This document shows positions 35,976-44,856 of a DNA stretch of 55,603 bases, one piece after another (position 1 is the first letter of the stretch; the number at the start of each line of letters is the position of its first letter). A program made the position numbers and the translations under genes. Under the pieces are notes generated by a model. The model did not search any database and was not told the origin of the DNA. It saw only the letters and a list, made by a program, of their open reading frames with translations. Source of the stretch: a virus (Duplodnaviria; Caudoviricetes); IMG/VR virus record IMGVR_UViG_3300044713_000025, positions 1 through 55,603 of that record; one strand, given 5' to 3'.

Positions 35976-36183
35976 ATATGGTAGGATTGCCCGTAAGCGT
36001 AAAAAAGACGGGGCAGTCTTTGGTGCATTCTTCCTGCTTGTAGCCCATCGCAGCAGGGACGTTGGGAGATGTTGTCGAAAGCCAATATTGATCCTCGCCT
36101 GATGTCGCTGCCTGCGCAGCGACGACAAACGACAGCCATGCTACCAGACCCACGAACCGCTTAATCCGCACCCGGTTCCCCAT
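35914..36183 (-). CDS. Putative secreted small protein (possibly truncated)
   Basis: Signal-peptide-like N-terminus ending AQA. Confidence 0.4.
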   Translation of the reverse strand: MGNRVRIKRFVGLVAWLSFVVAAQAATSGEDQYWLSTTSPNVPAAMGYKQEECTKDCPVFFTLTGNPTISIDVDTQSASHNQSRVTPPR

Positions 36184-36360
36184 ATATCAAGGAGACGGTT
36201 GTAGCAGGGACCGTGGGGTAGTTCAATTAGTTGCTTTTTCCTGGGTGGCCTTCCACCTGAGAAACGCCCTCGCCAACTGGCGGGGCGTCTTAGGCTTCGT
36301 GTCAGTTGTTGGCGTGTGTGCGGCCCACCGCAGGGCCAGATGGGCGCAGGGTTGCGGGTA

Positions 36361-36591
36361 TCAATCAAGGTTGTGGACCTCCCACAGACTATTCTCGCAC
36401 ATTTCCACAAACCGTTCTGCGTTACGGCAACCGATGACTTCAACGTGCTGCTCGCCGGTTCGCATGTTGCGAAGGATCGCAGCCGGGTGTGTGATCCAAC
36501 CGATCGCCTCCCAGTATTCTCCCGTCTCGCCGTCGCGGTAGATGTATCGCCGCGGCGTCGCCGATCGGTCGAACTGACGCAAGCCGGTCAT
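36361..36591 (-). CDS. Hypothetical protein
   Basis: ATGA-coupled to the upstream gene. Confidence 0.6.
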   Translation of the reverse strand: MTGLRQFDRSATPRRYIYRDGETGEYWEAIGWITHPAAILRNMRTGEQHVEVIGCRNAERFVEMCENSLWEVHNLD

Positions 36592-37127
36592 GCGCTGTGA
36601 TCCAACGCGTTCTGCGGCATGGACGCAGGGCCTTCCGTGATCGGAATAGCCACGGGTGCCGTCCAGTGACCCGCTATCTTCACCGTCGCCCGATTCTCCA
36701 GGTCCGCCAGCCGCCGGGATTGGTCCGCGTTCTTAGCCTCCAAGACCGCTATGTGGTCAGACCGAATGCGCGCTATCTCCTCACTTTCTGCCAGTCGGCG
36801 CGCGAGGTCGTCCCGTTCGGCCCGCATTGCTATACACGCGCCACGGTCCTGCTCGATGCGCTCTTGTAGTAGCTTGACCAAAACCGACGCCGCCTCGCTA
36901 GTAGCCTCCAGCTCGGCAATGCGCGCGTCCCTGGCCGTGACCTCCTGCGCCATGACAGGCATGTGCGGATTCTCAGCGTAGAGGCGCCCTAAAGCCACGC
37001 CAATAGCGCACTTGGGGCACGGCTGGTTGAACTCGCCATGGACACAGGCGTACAGGTCAACGCCACGCTCGACCGGGATATACCCGCCCATGTGGCGCTG
37101 GCAGAACTCCGTGGGTTCGTCGGTCAT
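36588..37127 (-). CDS. Hypothetical protein (Zn-binding motif plus coiled coil)
   Basis: CVH..CPKC followed by heptad repeats. Confidence 0.6.
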   Translation of the reverse strand: MTDEPTEFCQRHMGGYIPVERGVDLYACVHGEFNQPCPKCAIGVALGRLYAENPHMPVMAQEVTARDARIAELEATSEAASVLVKLLQERIEQDRGACIAMRAERDDLARRLAESEEIARIRSDHIAVLEAKNADQSRRLADLENRATVKIAGHWTAPVAIPITEGPASMPQNALDHSA

Positions 37128-37336
37128 CGGATACGCCCCTTTCGTTCGCGGGTGATAATCACGCCCTCTGGCTTTGGACCGAGACCGGCTTGCCATAGGT
37201 CAAGCTCTACCGTCACTTGGTGCATACGCTCATAGGTCGCGCGCCTATCCGCCGTCAGGCCAGAAATGAACTTCGTTTGCAGGTCTGGCGCTAGGTCCGT
37301 AATGCCGACGAAAGCCACCAGTTCCGCGTCGGTCAT
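37124..37336 (-). CDS. Hypothetical protein
   Basis: Coupled ORF. Confidence 0.6.
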   Translation of the reverse strand: MTDAELVAFVGITDLAPDLQTKFISGLTADRRATYERMHQVTVELDLWQAGLGPKPEGVIITRERKGRIR

Positions 37337-37491
37337 CTCGATTCCCTCTGCTGGGTTGTGTCCACGGATGGATTAACTTCCTCTATTAGTCCGCGCCGCA
37401 ACAGGTTCTCAATCGCCCGTTCGGCCTGCGATGGACTTACATCACACAGGCGGCAAAGCTCCTCGACAGTGAGACCGCGCTCGTCTATCAT
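37333..37491 (-). CDS. Small winged-HTH protein
   Basis: LTVEELCRLCDVSPSQAERAIENLLRRGLIE. Confidence 0.7.
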   Translation of the reverse strand: MIDERGLTVEELCRLCDVSPSQAERAIENLLRRGLIEEVNPSVDTTQQRESR

Positions 37492-37842
37492 GCGGCGGCG
37501 CTCCCCTTTGGCTCCAACGGCTGGAAATAGCCCGACTCCACCGCAGAGGCGGTCAATTCCTGGATGGTACACGCGTTGCCGTGATCTGTGGCGTGCTGCC
37601 ATAATTCGCCAAAACACGGTCCGCATTCGTGTCTCGGAAGCGCCTCGGCGACATACCACTTGCGGACACCGGCACACCGTAGGCATGTCTTGTATGACGA
37701 CGCGCGGCCATCCCAAATGCCACTGGGCGTACTCGTATTTCTCTCCGGGGAGGATTGGCTCGAAGCACTCACAGCACCGATGTCCCACCCGCGCCTTGCG
37801 CTCAGTCGAATAGAAGGCTTGCGGCGCGTCACAATCACACAT
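37488..37842 (-). pseudogene. Cys-rich phage protein interrupted by a 1-nt frameshift near 37726
   Basis: RKARVGHRCCEC..I.PGEKYEYA continues as SGIWDG..SYKTCLRC in another frame; removing one base of GGG at 37725-37727 restores the ORF. Confidence 0.75.
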
Positions 37843-37844
37843 TC

Positions 37845-38099
37845 CTACCGCCCCCAACTCACATCCACCATGGGCGTCCGCGTCCCATTCTTAGCCCGCA
37901 GCCGCCAGTCCTCCGGCGCCTTGGACCGCCTGTGAACCCGCTCCAAGCCAGCCAGCCAGCGCCCTATCGACGCCGGAACCTCTACAATCCCCTTCCCCCA
38001 CCTGATCGGGATGTCCACGTGACAGCCCAGAAGGAGGGCAACGTGACGATGGGACCAGCCTATGGTACGGAGGGCGGATTCGAACTCGGATGCGGTCAC
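37845..38099 (-). CDS. XRE-like HTH protein
   Basis: MTASEF..AL..IGWSHRHVALLLG....IRW..G..EVP; GTG start at 38099. Confidence 0.7.
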   Translation of the reverse strand: MTASEFESALRTIGWSHRHVALLLGCHVDIPIRWGKGIVEVPASIGRWLAGLERVHRRSKAPEDWRLRAKNGTRTPMVDVSWGR

Positions 38100-38905
38100 G
38101 CGTGATTCGGTTCGGTCATAGCGGCAATTTGCCGCGCCAAAGCTCGCTGGCGACGAGCCGCCCGCTTGGGATGACCCTTCAGTACGCGCATACGCGGATG
38201 GCCCCAACGAACCTGATAGGACACCTTCACCGCCTTCTTCTGCTGAGCCACTACACGTTCTCCGTTTCAGCACCAGCAGTATGCCCGAATTATTGTCGGA
38301 TAGGAAGTGCTTTGTCGGATTAGCCGCGCAATCTTGTTGCGTTCTCTGGGCCGAGTTTTTAAGCAACTCCTAGCCTTGTACAGTACCAGCCACCCGCCGT
38401 CCTGCCTGCCAAACCGGGCAGCCCAGACAGTCGCAGGAGGCACGCCGAACCACGAACGAAGCGGGGAACTCCTGCGCCTCAGTCGTCGTCCTCTGGTGTC
38501 AATCGACGCACCAGCACGCCCGAACTATCAAGCCGGTGATACCCCGCACGCTGTCCTGTTTGGGTGGACCAGACCCCCGTCCTGGCAGCCTTGCGGCGTC
38601 TCCCGACGCTGCTGATCCTTGCCAGGGATCGACCCGGCTGCTGGGCAAGATAGGCTCAGGTTTCCAAGCATCCCCGCTGAAAGGCAGGATATGCAAGGGC
38701 TTTCTTGTGGGTGCGGTAAGCCCGCAGCGGTTCGACGCCTTGGCGCGGGCAACGACGGGTGGCAGATCGCCACCGGCAGGCCAGATTTGTGACCGAGCTG
38801 GCACGCGGCCTTTGTTTCGCCAAGATCATGCTCGGACTGCCGGAGTGGCCGGAACCAGCCTTTGCACGCAAGACGCATAAACGCGGGGGGACCGCGCATT
38901 GAGCG
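38100..38905 (-). ncRNA. Large, highly structured non-coding region (candidate ncRNA or RNA-primed origin)
   Basis: No credible ORF; nested long-range helices whose G:U pairs form only on the minus strand. Confidence 0.55.
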
Positions 38906-39355
38906 TCAGTCCTCTCCGTCCAGCGTTATCTCGCCAGCTATGGGCTTGGCATCTTCCGTAGGGGCGTCCAGCCGCAACAGAGAAGTATCATCAGGAAAGG
39001 CGACGCCAAACGCGATCATGGCGTCCGCGATGTAGAACAGGACGTACCATCCACCCTTTGGGGTACTGTAGCAGGCTTCCTTGGCGGCCCACGCCAGTTG
39101 GGCTAACGGACCCCAAACCATGAGGTCTATTTTGTCTCGTCCGTCCCGACAAAGGTGTGATATATCGACACATTGCTGGGGAGAATATTGACCAGACTTC
39201 CACTCAGAGGCCCATTTCAGCCATTTTTCATATTTCGGTTGATGGCAGATTTTCTCGATCACGCCGTCCAAAGCGAAATTCAACAGCCGGACAAGGCGCT
39301 GATTCGGGTTGATCTGATGAAAGGCTTCGTGTGCTGGCCGTATCACGTGACGCAT
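38906..39355 (-). CDS. Hypothetical protein
   Basis: AAGGG RBS; protein-like composition. Confidence 0.65.
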   Translation of the reverse strand: MRHVIRPAHEAFHQINPNQRLVRLLNFALDGVIEKICHQPKYEKWLKWASEWKSGQYSPQQCVDISHLCRDGRDKIDLMVWGPLAQLAWAAKEACYSTPKGGWYVLFYIADAMIAFGVAFPDDTSLLRLDAPTEDAKPIAGEITLDGED

Positions 39356-40016
39356 GGTAAATCCCTTTCTGCGGGCAGTTTTTGTGAAGGCGTCACCGTC
39401 TGCCAGCCCAGTGGTAGCCACAACGATCGGCTTCCACGCGGGAGTCCAGTTCGATAACGAGAAGGGTGCCGGGCCAGATAGGATGTGACCCGATTGTCAG
39501 CAGGACAGGCCATCGCTTGGCGCGGTCCCGTTCGGCAATGGCGTTGGCGCTACGCTTACGCGCTCGGCGCCGCTTCTTTACTGGCTTAGGGCGAACAATC
39601 TCGCCAGTAAGCAGGCTTACACATGGGCCAGCCGCCCCCGCTGATTGATTGACCGAGTTCCACCATCCGCGCTTGCCAGCGGCGGCTCTGGTCTGCTGGG
39701 CGCCTGGATGCCTGCTGTTGCGGTGCAACGTACGTTCCCCATCGCGAAAAGGTTGGCGGGAACTTCATGGCTGTTGGGGTTGCACGGGACCGACAGGTTG
39801 CCTAATATCGGCGGCATAGCGGTGCCCGTGAACTGGTGCCTCAGTTCCAGTCAGAAACGCTTTCGCGAGCGAATTTGACCACCGCTATGAGACACCGGGG
39901 GCGCCAGCGTTGTCAAGGGGCAGCTTTGGCGCCCCCAATCTCAGGGGCTGGCCGGGCATTTTAGCTTCAGGACTCGCCCGTAGTTTCCTGGTTGCAGGAG
40001 CGCTACTTCGCCGCGC

Positions 40017-40403
40017 CTATAGCGACTCGTGGTATTTAGCCTCTCCACGCCCGAGGATGGCTGCGGCTATGACCGCACAGAAAGCCGCAATCCTGGCGTT
40101 CATGGTGACATGACTGCCAGCGTTGAAGGCGTCACCAGCACTGTCGGCTAATGCGCTGTCACCCTCACCGGCTGCTTCTTCCACAATCTTGGCGCACCGC
40201 TCACGTTCTGCGGCGCGGATCAGTGGTGCGATGGCGGCAAAAATACGAGTCGCCGTGTCCACCACATCAAAGTTGCACTGAGCAATATCGTCCGAGCGAA
40301 TGTCACTCGCACGGCAGCCGATCATACCTGCGAGCATTTCGTTGACTATGGTGTCGAGATAGCCCTCGCCCGCAGTCGTCTGGGTTTTACCGTCCGTTGG
40401 CAT
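40017..40403 (-). CDS. Hypothetical protein (AAERERCAKI motif)
   Basis: Common phage motif; GAGGTG RBS. Confidence 0.65.
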   Translation of the reverse strand: MPTDGKTQTTAGEGYLDTIVNEMLAGMIGCRASDIRSDDIAQCNFDVVDTATRIFAAIAPLIRAAERERCAKIVEEAAGEGDSALADSAGDAFNAGSHVTMNARIAAFCAVIAAAILGRGEAKYHESL

Positions 40404-40737
40404 CGGCAGTCACCTCGTGGTCGAAGGCGTGAGCGGAGCATTTCGTGCCGGCGCCGCTAGGCGTTGGTCCGTATCCCTTGTGGCAGTCCCCCACGCTATC
40501 CTGCGAGTGCCACCACCAAGCGCATGTGCCGCAGCGCCGAGTGCTTTTTACTTCAAGCAACAAATCCGCATCGTTGTATTCGCCGCCAGCAAGCAAGCGG
40601 CGACAGCGTTTTTCTGTAGCCCGCAGAAAGCCCGCAGCATCGTAGGTGTCTTTCTTTTCGATGATGTCGGCTAAGTCCATAAGCCGGTTGGCTACGTCCT
40701 CTAGCGCGCGGCGGTACTTCACCTCATTCATCGCCAC
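40387..40737 (-). CDS. Hypothetical protein with Cys-rich C-terminus
   Basis: CGTCAWW...GDC...CSAH. Confidence 0.65.
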   Translation of the reverse strand: MAMNEVKYRRALEDVANRLMDLADIIEKKDTYDAAGFLRATEKRCRRLLAGGEYNDADLLLEVKSTRRCGTCAWWWHSQDSVGDCHKGYGPTPSGAGTKCSAHAFDHEVTADANGR

Positions 40738-40867
40738 TCTCCTTCCCGATCCGTGGTCGCCGGCCGAGTTCCTGATACAGCGTCTTGACCGACAATCCGA
40801 CTTCCTCTGCTACCTGCTCAGTGGACAGACGCCGCTTGCGCCGATCCCGCCATAGCGGCCGACCCAC
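40724..40867 (-). CDS. Small HTH protein (47 aa)
   Basis: LSTEQVAEEVGLSVKTLYQELG; GAGGT RBS before the GTG. Confidence 0.55.
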   Translation of the reverse strand: MGRPLWRDRRKRRLSTEQVAEEVGLSVKTLYQELGRRPRIGKESGDE

Positions 40868-40912
40868 CTTGACCTCGTTTCATTCGGCGCGGTCGCTCGC
40901 CTAGTTGGTGAC

Positions 40913-41350
40913 TTAGCGTTTAGGCGACAAACCGACGTGCCTCGCTATGGCATTGATCGGCAACCTGTCTGACCTGACATCCAACCAGAATGGCGTGGCA
41001 GCCTCTAGTTTTCTGGCTGTATCGGCAGTCAGGTTGTCGGCGGATACCTGAAAGCCGCCCCTTGGGGCTGGAGGCTCCGTGGATGCAATGGCCTCTTGTA
41101 TCGCGGCTCGGGCTTCGTCCGCTGAAACACGGAACCACTCGCCGAATATGCGCCGGTCCTTCAACTGGTTATGCGCTTTTCTTTCAACGTCCCACGAATT
41201 GTTACATTCGTACTCGCCAAAGCAGCGCAGTCGTCCGGGATACCCAGGCTGTAAGTTATTCAACCTGTCTTGGATCAGGCGCGCAGAGGTGGCGCCGATC
41301 TTCATCGGTCCTTTGGGGTTTGACCCAGCGATGTAGACCTTACGAGCCAC
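40913..41350 (-). CDS. GIY-YIG nuclease (T5orf172/MUG113-like)
   Basis: VYI...KIG.T....RL..LQ.G.P, ERKAH, GEWF. Confidence 0.88.
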   Translation of the reverse strand: MARKVYIAGSNPKGPMKIGATSARLIQDRLNNLQPGYPGRLRCFGEYECNNSWDVERKAHNQLKDRRIFGEWFRVSADEARAAIQEAIASTEPPAPRGGFQVSADNLTADTARKLEAATPFWLDVRSDRLPINAIARHVGLSPKR

Positions 41351-41519
41351 GGGCTGCCTTCCTGCCTCTCTCCAAGGCCGCCGCGATCAGCATCTCGATC
41401 CACTTGGACAAAGAACGCTGGTCGGCTTGAGCCGCCGCCATTGCCGAGCGCTTCATCTCTGGCGTTACCCGGACGCCGATTATATCTTCCTTGCGGGAGG
41501 GTGCCTGCGGCTTTTTCAT
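41340..41519 (-). CDS. RHH (Arc-like) regulator, 59 aa, leaderless
   Basis: My translation: MKKPQAPSRKEDIIGVRVTPEMKRSAMAAAQADQRSLSKWIEMLI...; below the track size cutoff. Confidence 0.8.
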   Translation of the reverse strand: MKKPQAPSRKEDIIGVRVTPEMKRSAMAAAQADQRSLSKWIEMLIAAALERGRKAARGS

Positions 41520-41590
41520 GGCTGAAAACTAGCCGCGACCGCAAACCTTGTCAAACACTGTTTGACTTGCACTATCAGACCGGCTACAAA
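41520..41590. promoter_or_regulatory. Back-to-back promoters whose -35 boxes form a palindrome
   Basis: Minus: TTGACA-17-TAGTTT-6-ATG. Plus: TTGACT-17-TACAAA. Inverted repeat GTCAAACA-C-TGTTTGAC at 41550-41566. Confidence 0.75.
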
Positions 41591-41645
41591 GGTGGGTGAG
41601 AAGTCAACCACGAAACAACGACCAAGTGAACCCCGGAGACGAACG

Positions 41646-41813
41646 ATGAAAGAGACAGCCTTAGAGCGCCGAACGAAAGATGAATTGCGGACCTTGCTGA
41701 ACGAGATCGAGGCCGGTCAGCGACCATCTAATGTCGCGTTGGATGACGCGGTTAGGGTAGTCCTGCATCGACAGCAGCAAATCGCGGACAGGTTGAAGGA
41801 AGTCGCAGCGTAG
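41646..41813 (+). CDS. Small early protein (55 aa)
   Basis: GGAG RBS; first gene after the plus-strand promoter. Confidence 0.65.
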   Translation: MKETALERRTKDELRTLLNEIEAGQRPSNVALDDAVRVVLHRQQQIADRLKEVAA

Positions 41814-41819
41814 CAAACC

Positions 41820-42118
41820 CCGCTCTTGCTTGGGCGGTCGCGAGAGGAGGAACAAAGCTGGAGGGAAATCGGACGCGCAATCGGAAGCACAAAATCGATC
41901 GAGTTGCCCTAATTAAGTAGGGCTGGCCGCACGAGTGGCAGAAGTCCAGTAAGATCGACCATACATGCTAGCCGTGACGCGACGCGATGTAGGCCAAAGG
42001 ACAGCAACTTGCCTTCGGGCGCTGCACTAGCCGAGTAGCATCTGACGCGCCGAAGAAGCCCAGCCGGTAGCCGTTGATACTCGTGACCACCTCAGTGAGA
42101 GCAACCCTCCGAGTTGGA
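41820..42118 (+). ncRNA. Candidate structured RNA in the early transcript
   Basis: About 300 non-coding nt with nested stems and a cUUCGg hairpin. Confidence 0.5.
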
Positions 42119-42128
42119 GAAGCACACC

Positions 42129-42329
42129 ATGCCGTCAGTTACTATGCCTCCGAGCGACGCGCCGGCCGGTTCCAAGCACATACTGTCAGCCGAGGGACAC
42201 CTAATAACAGACGCGCGCGTTGAGTTTCCTGCGATTTGGAACGGATCGATGTGGGAGTCGGAAGGTTGCTCGGCAATCTCGCCAGAGAAGGCTGCGCGGT
42301 GTGGCTTTGAATATGTGCGCAGCGCGTAA
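42129..42329 (+). CDS. Hypothetical protein
   Basis: GGAG RBS. Confidence 0.6.
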   Translation: MPSVTMPPSDAPAGSKHILSAEGHLITDARVEFPAIWNGSMWESEGCSAISPEKAARCGFEYVRSA

Positions 42330-42348
42330 CAGAAACCCCCGTATATAC

Positions 42349-42774
42349 ATGCCAACCCTAGAAGAAGTCATCGACAAAGGAAAAACGCTGGGCAAGCTGG
42401 CACTCTATTTCGGCGTCTGGGATCAGCCTGGGCACTACTGGCATGATACACGCGGACACCACCTATGGGACAACCTGCCGACTGACCTTCCGAGTATGTG
42501 GCGCACATTAGCGGATGGCGGGCTGCTTCGGAACGGAAAGCGCGAGGATGTCTACAATGGTCGCGTCTGGTGGACGTGTGGTGGAGCGTCGGCATTCTGG
42601 TATGCGTTCTACTGGTGGGACCGGTCAGCAGACCGACGTGGCGCGTGTAACTCGGGCCTCTACGTTCGCGGCTTTGGCTGGCCTGAGAGCAACGAGGCAT
42701 TCGCCTATGGATGCGCAACATTTCCGCATGTAGTGGCGAGGCAGAAATTCCCCCTCGTTATACAAGAACACTAA
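42349..42774 (+). CDS. Trp-rich hypothetical protein
   Basis: LYFGVW..PGHYW, DGGL, WWDRS.DRRG.CNS: a recurrent phage motif set. Confidence 0.7.
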   Translation: MPTLEEVIDKGKTLGKLALYFGVWDQPGHYWHDTRGHHLWDNLPTDLPSMWRTLADGGLLRNGKREDVYNGRVWWTCGGASAFWYAFYWWDRSADRRGACNSGLYVRGFGWPESNEAFAYGCATFPHVVARQKFPLVIQEH

Positions 42775-42791
42775 ACCCCGGAGCGGATGCG

Positions 42792-42962
42792 ATGGACATA
42801 ACGATTAAGGTTCTGGGCGAGTTCGACAACGTTCATACGCGCATAAAATCTGCCCCCGCTTCCACCGACACCATCAGGCGTCAGCTTCGACAAGCAATCG
42901 CCTCCTTAGAAGCCGAGGTGCGCGACTTGGACAAATGTCCCCATCATCGAGACCGCCATTAA
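42792..42962 (+). CDS. Hypothetical protein
   Basis: GGAG RBS. Confidence 0.55.
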   Translation: MDITIKVLGEFDNVHTRIKSAPASTDTIRRQLRQAIASLEAEVRDLDKCPHHRDRH

Positions 42963-42979
42963 ACCACGGAGGGCCGCAG

Positions 42980-43195
42980 ATGAGTCCAGGTAGCAACGCA
43001 GCGATCAACCTCGGGTGCCTATGCTGTCCAGTCGTGAACAATGCTGGCACTGGCGACACGACTCAATGGGACGGTCGCGGCACGCGCTTTGTGGTTGTTT
43101 CCGCGTGTCCTGTTCATGGAGCCGCCGCATGGAAAATGCCGGGGCCAATCGTCACCGAACGTGGCGAGACCGTTCTAGTCTTCGGCAAGATGTAA
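42980..43195 (+). CDS. Small Cys-rich protein
   Basis: PGS.AAI..GC.CPV.NN..G...CPVHG motif; GGAGG RBS. Confidence 0.7.
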   Translation: MSPGSNAAINLGCLCCPVVNNAGTGDTTQWDGRGTRFVVVSACPVHGAAAWKMPGPIVTERGETVLVFGKM

Positions 43196-43207
43196 CCAAA
43201 CCCCAGT

Positions 43208-43624
43208 CTACGCCACCGCCTCGCACGAGATAAGCTGGCGCCCAGTCTGGACGTAAGCAGCGGCCGAGTGAGCGTGGCAATACGGACGCCCGAGTTCAGA
43301 CGGCTCCAGGCACGTCTCCATTGGCCAGCAACACGGCGACCGCAATCGCTTGACTAGAGGCACCTCCAGCACCGGCAGGCTGTCAAGCACAGGGAGTGTG
43401 GGTCCGCCTGTCTTTGGGCGTCCTATTGGCTTGGGCTTGCCAGTTCCTTTGTTCTGGCCAACTGGATTCGGGCGACTTAGGCCGATTCGGTCACACTTGC
43501 CGCAGATGCTGTCCTTGCCTTTGTGGAGAATGCGACCGATTTCCCGCATGGACAGGCGCGGGTTTTCTTGGGCGTGGAGTTCCCGCAGCTTGGCTATCAG
43601 ATGATCCGGCCATTCCTCGCTCAT
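43208..43624 (-). CDS. gcrA: GcrA-family transcription regulator
   Basis: W....IAKLREL..LS.REIG....K.SI.GK..RIGL...CCWP...PYC.AH...AY. Confidence 0.85.
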   Translation of the reverse strand: MSEEWPDHLIAKLRELHAQENPRLSMREIGRILHKGKDSICGKCDRIGLSRPNPVGQNKGTGKPKPIGRPKTGGPTLPVLDSLPVLEVPLVKRLRSPCCWPMETCLEPSELGRPYCHAHSAAAYVQTGRQLISCEAVA

Positions 43625-44220
43625 GGCAGCCACCCTAGAGTTGGAGGTCCGACATGCGCTCGATCCCAAACAAACCATGCGAAAGCAATGGCACTCGTAG
43701 ACTTTGGCCCAACATACCCGTGGCGGTGCATCATAGGGAGACGCTTGGAGAACACCCATATTCGTGAGAGTCCAGTGCGTTCAAACATCATGCGCCTAGC
43801 ACTGCCTTCTAGCCATCCCAAGCGGCAGAGGAGTGCGACTTTGCCACCGGCCAGAACGTGCGCCTTGTCAGCAAACTCGGCCGCCAGCTTAAAAGGGGGA
43901 TTTGTGATGATATTCGGGGCCAATGGACTCGTCTCCATAAGGAAATCAACTCGCCCTTGGCCGTAACCGCGCGAGACTAAATCGGTGCTCACGACTTCAA
44001 ACCCCCTTGCCAGCAAAATGTCGCTAATGGCTCCATGGCCACAAGCCGGTTCCCAGATAGCACCGTCGAACGATTCGACCGCTAATAGTGAGTCAACCGC
44101 TATACGAGGAGTTTCATGAAAATCATCCGTTCTCAGGCTCCCAGACTGCCGCGCGCCAAGCATGGGTAAATGGCAGGAAGCTGAAGTTTCGGCTTTTGGC
44201 ACGGACAGGAGATCAGTCAT
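43621..44220 (-). CDS. Orphan DNA amino-methyltransferase (NPPF)
   Basis: DFHETP, WEPACGHG, DFL, IITNPPF, FAWFVW. Confidence 0.85.
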   Translation of the reverse strand: MTDLLSVPKAETSASCHLPMLGARQSGSLRTDDFHETPRIAVDSLLAVESFDGAIWEPACGHGAISDILLARGFEVVSTDLVSRGYGQGRVDFLMETSPLAPNIITNPPFKLAAEFADKAHVLAGGKVALLCRLGWLEGSARRMMFERTGLSRIWVFSKRLPMMHRHGYVGPKSTSAIAFAWFVWDRAHVGPPTLGWLP

Positions 44221-44699
44221 TCGCTGGGATGCCACTCAGGCGGGATCAGGTGCAGGTTGTGCGGGGCGTATTTCCAGACAGCCCGACCCAGCAGCCGCCC
44301 GCACGGCTCGTACATCCGATGGTTCTCGCCCATCTCACGCACTGAACGCAGGGACGCCAGGACGCGCTCTGGCGCCTCCCAGGTTAGGCGGTTCTGTTTC
44401 TCCTCCCGTTCCCGTGCAGCGTGTGGCGCCTCGTCTGGGGGCGGTAGCGCACGGAGTGCAGGCTTGGGGCCGTATTCTTGCCACCACTCCTCGATTAGCC
44501 CGCAGATGATGCCCAACGCCGGGAACTTCTTTACGTGCGACCCGACATAAAGGGCGCTTTCGTCAGTGAGCTTATGAGCGGGGATCAGAGATAATGCCAC
44601 CTCCATCTCCAAGGCAGCAGTAGCGGCCTTCACAGAGTCCATCGGCGCGGCCAGCTTGACCAGCATCCCGAGCCACTGGTTCGGCCGCAGTTCGGTCAT
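44217..44699 (-). CDS. Possible helicase loader/inhibitor-like protein
   Basis: Follows the initiator-like gene; K.FP....I motif. Confidence 0.4.
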   Translation of the reverse strand: MTELRPNQWLGMLVKLAAPMDSVKAATAALEMEVALSLIPAHKLTDESALYVGSHVKKFPALGIICGLIEEWWQEYGPKPALRALPPPDEAPHAAREREEKQNRLTWEAPERVLASLRSVREMGENHRMYEPCGRLLGRAVWKYAPHNLHLIPPEWHPSE

Positions 44700-44856
44700 G
44701 TGAGCCTCCCAGCCGCTCGCAATGCAGCAACAACTTCCCTCGCGTGTGGCAGCCATGCCTCCCAATCGACCTCGAATCCCCGTACCTGTGGGAATATGCG
44801 CTTCGTCCGCTCAGCCAACGCGCGGGCAACGATTTCCTCGTCCGCCGTAGGATCAG

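Noticed and set aside
38690-38750. GGTTCGA as a tRNA T-loop
   Set aside because: I could not build a cloverleaf with acceptor and anticodon arms around it.
39900-40040. Hammerhead or twister ribozyme
   Set aside because: CTGAAGC and GAAAC occur on the minus strand, but not with the CUGAnGA/GAAA core sequence and stem arrangement.
43621-44220. Restriction-modification system
   Set aside because: No cognate restriction endonuclease is adjacent, so it is treated as an orphan phage methyltransferase.
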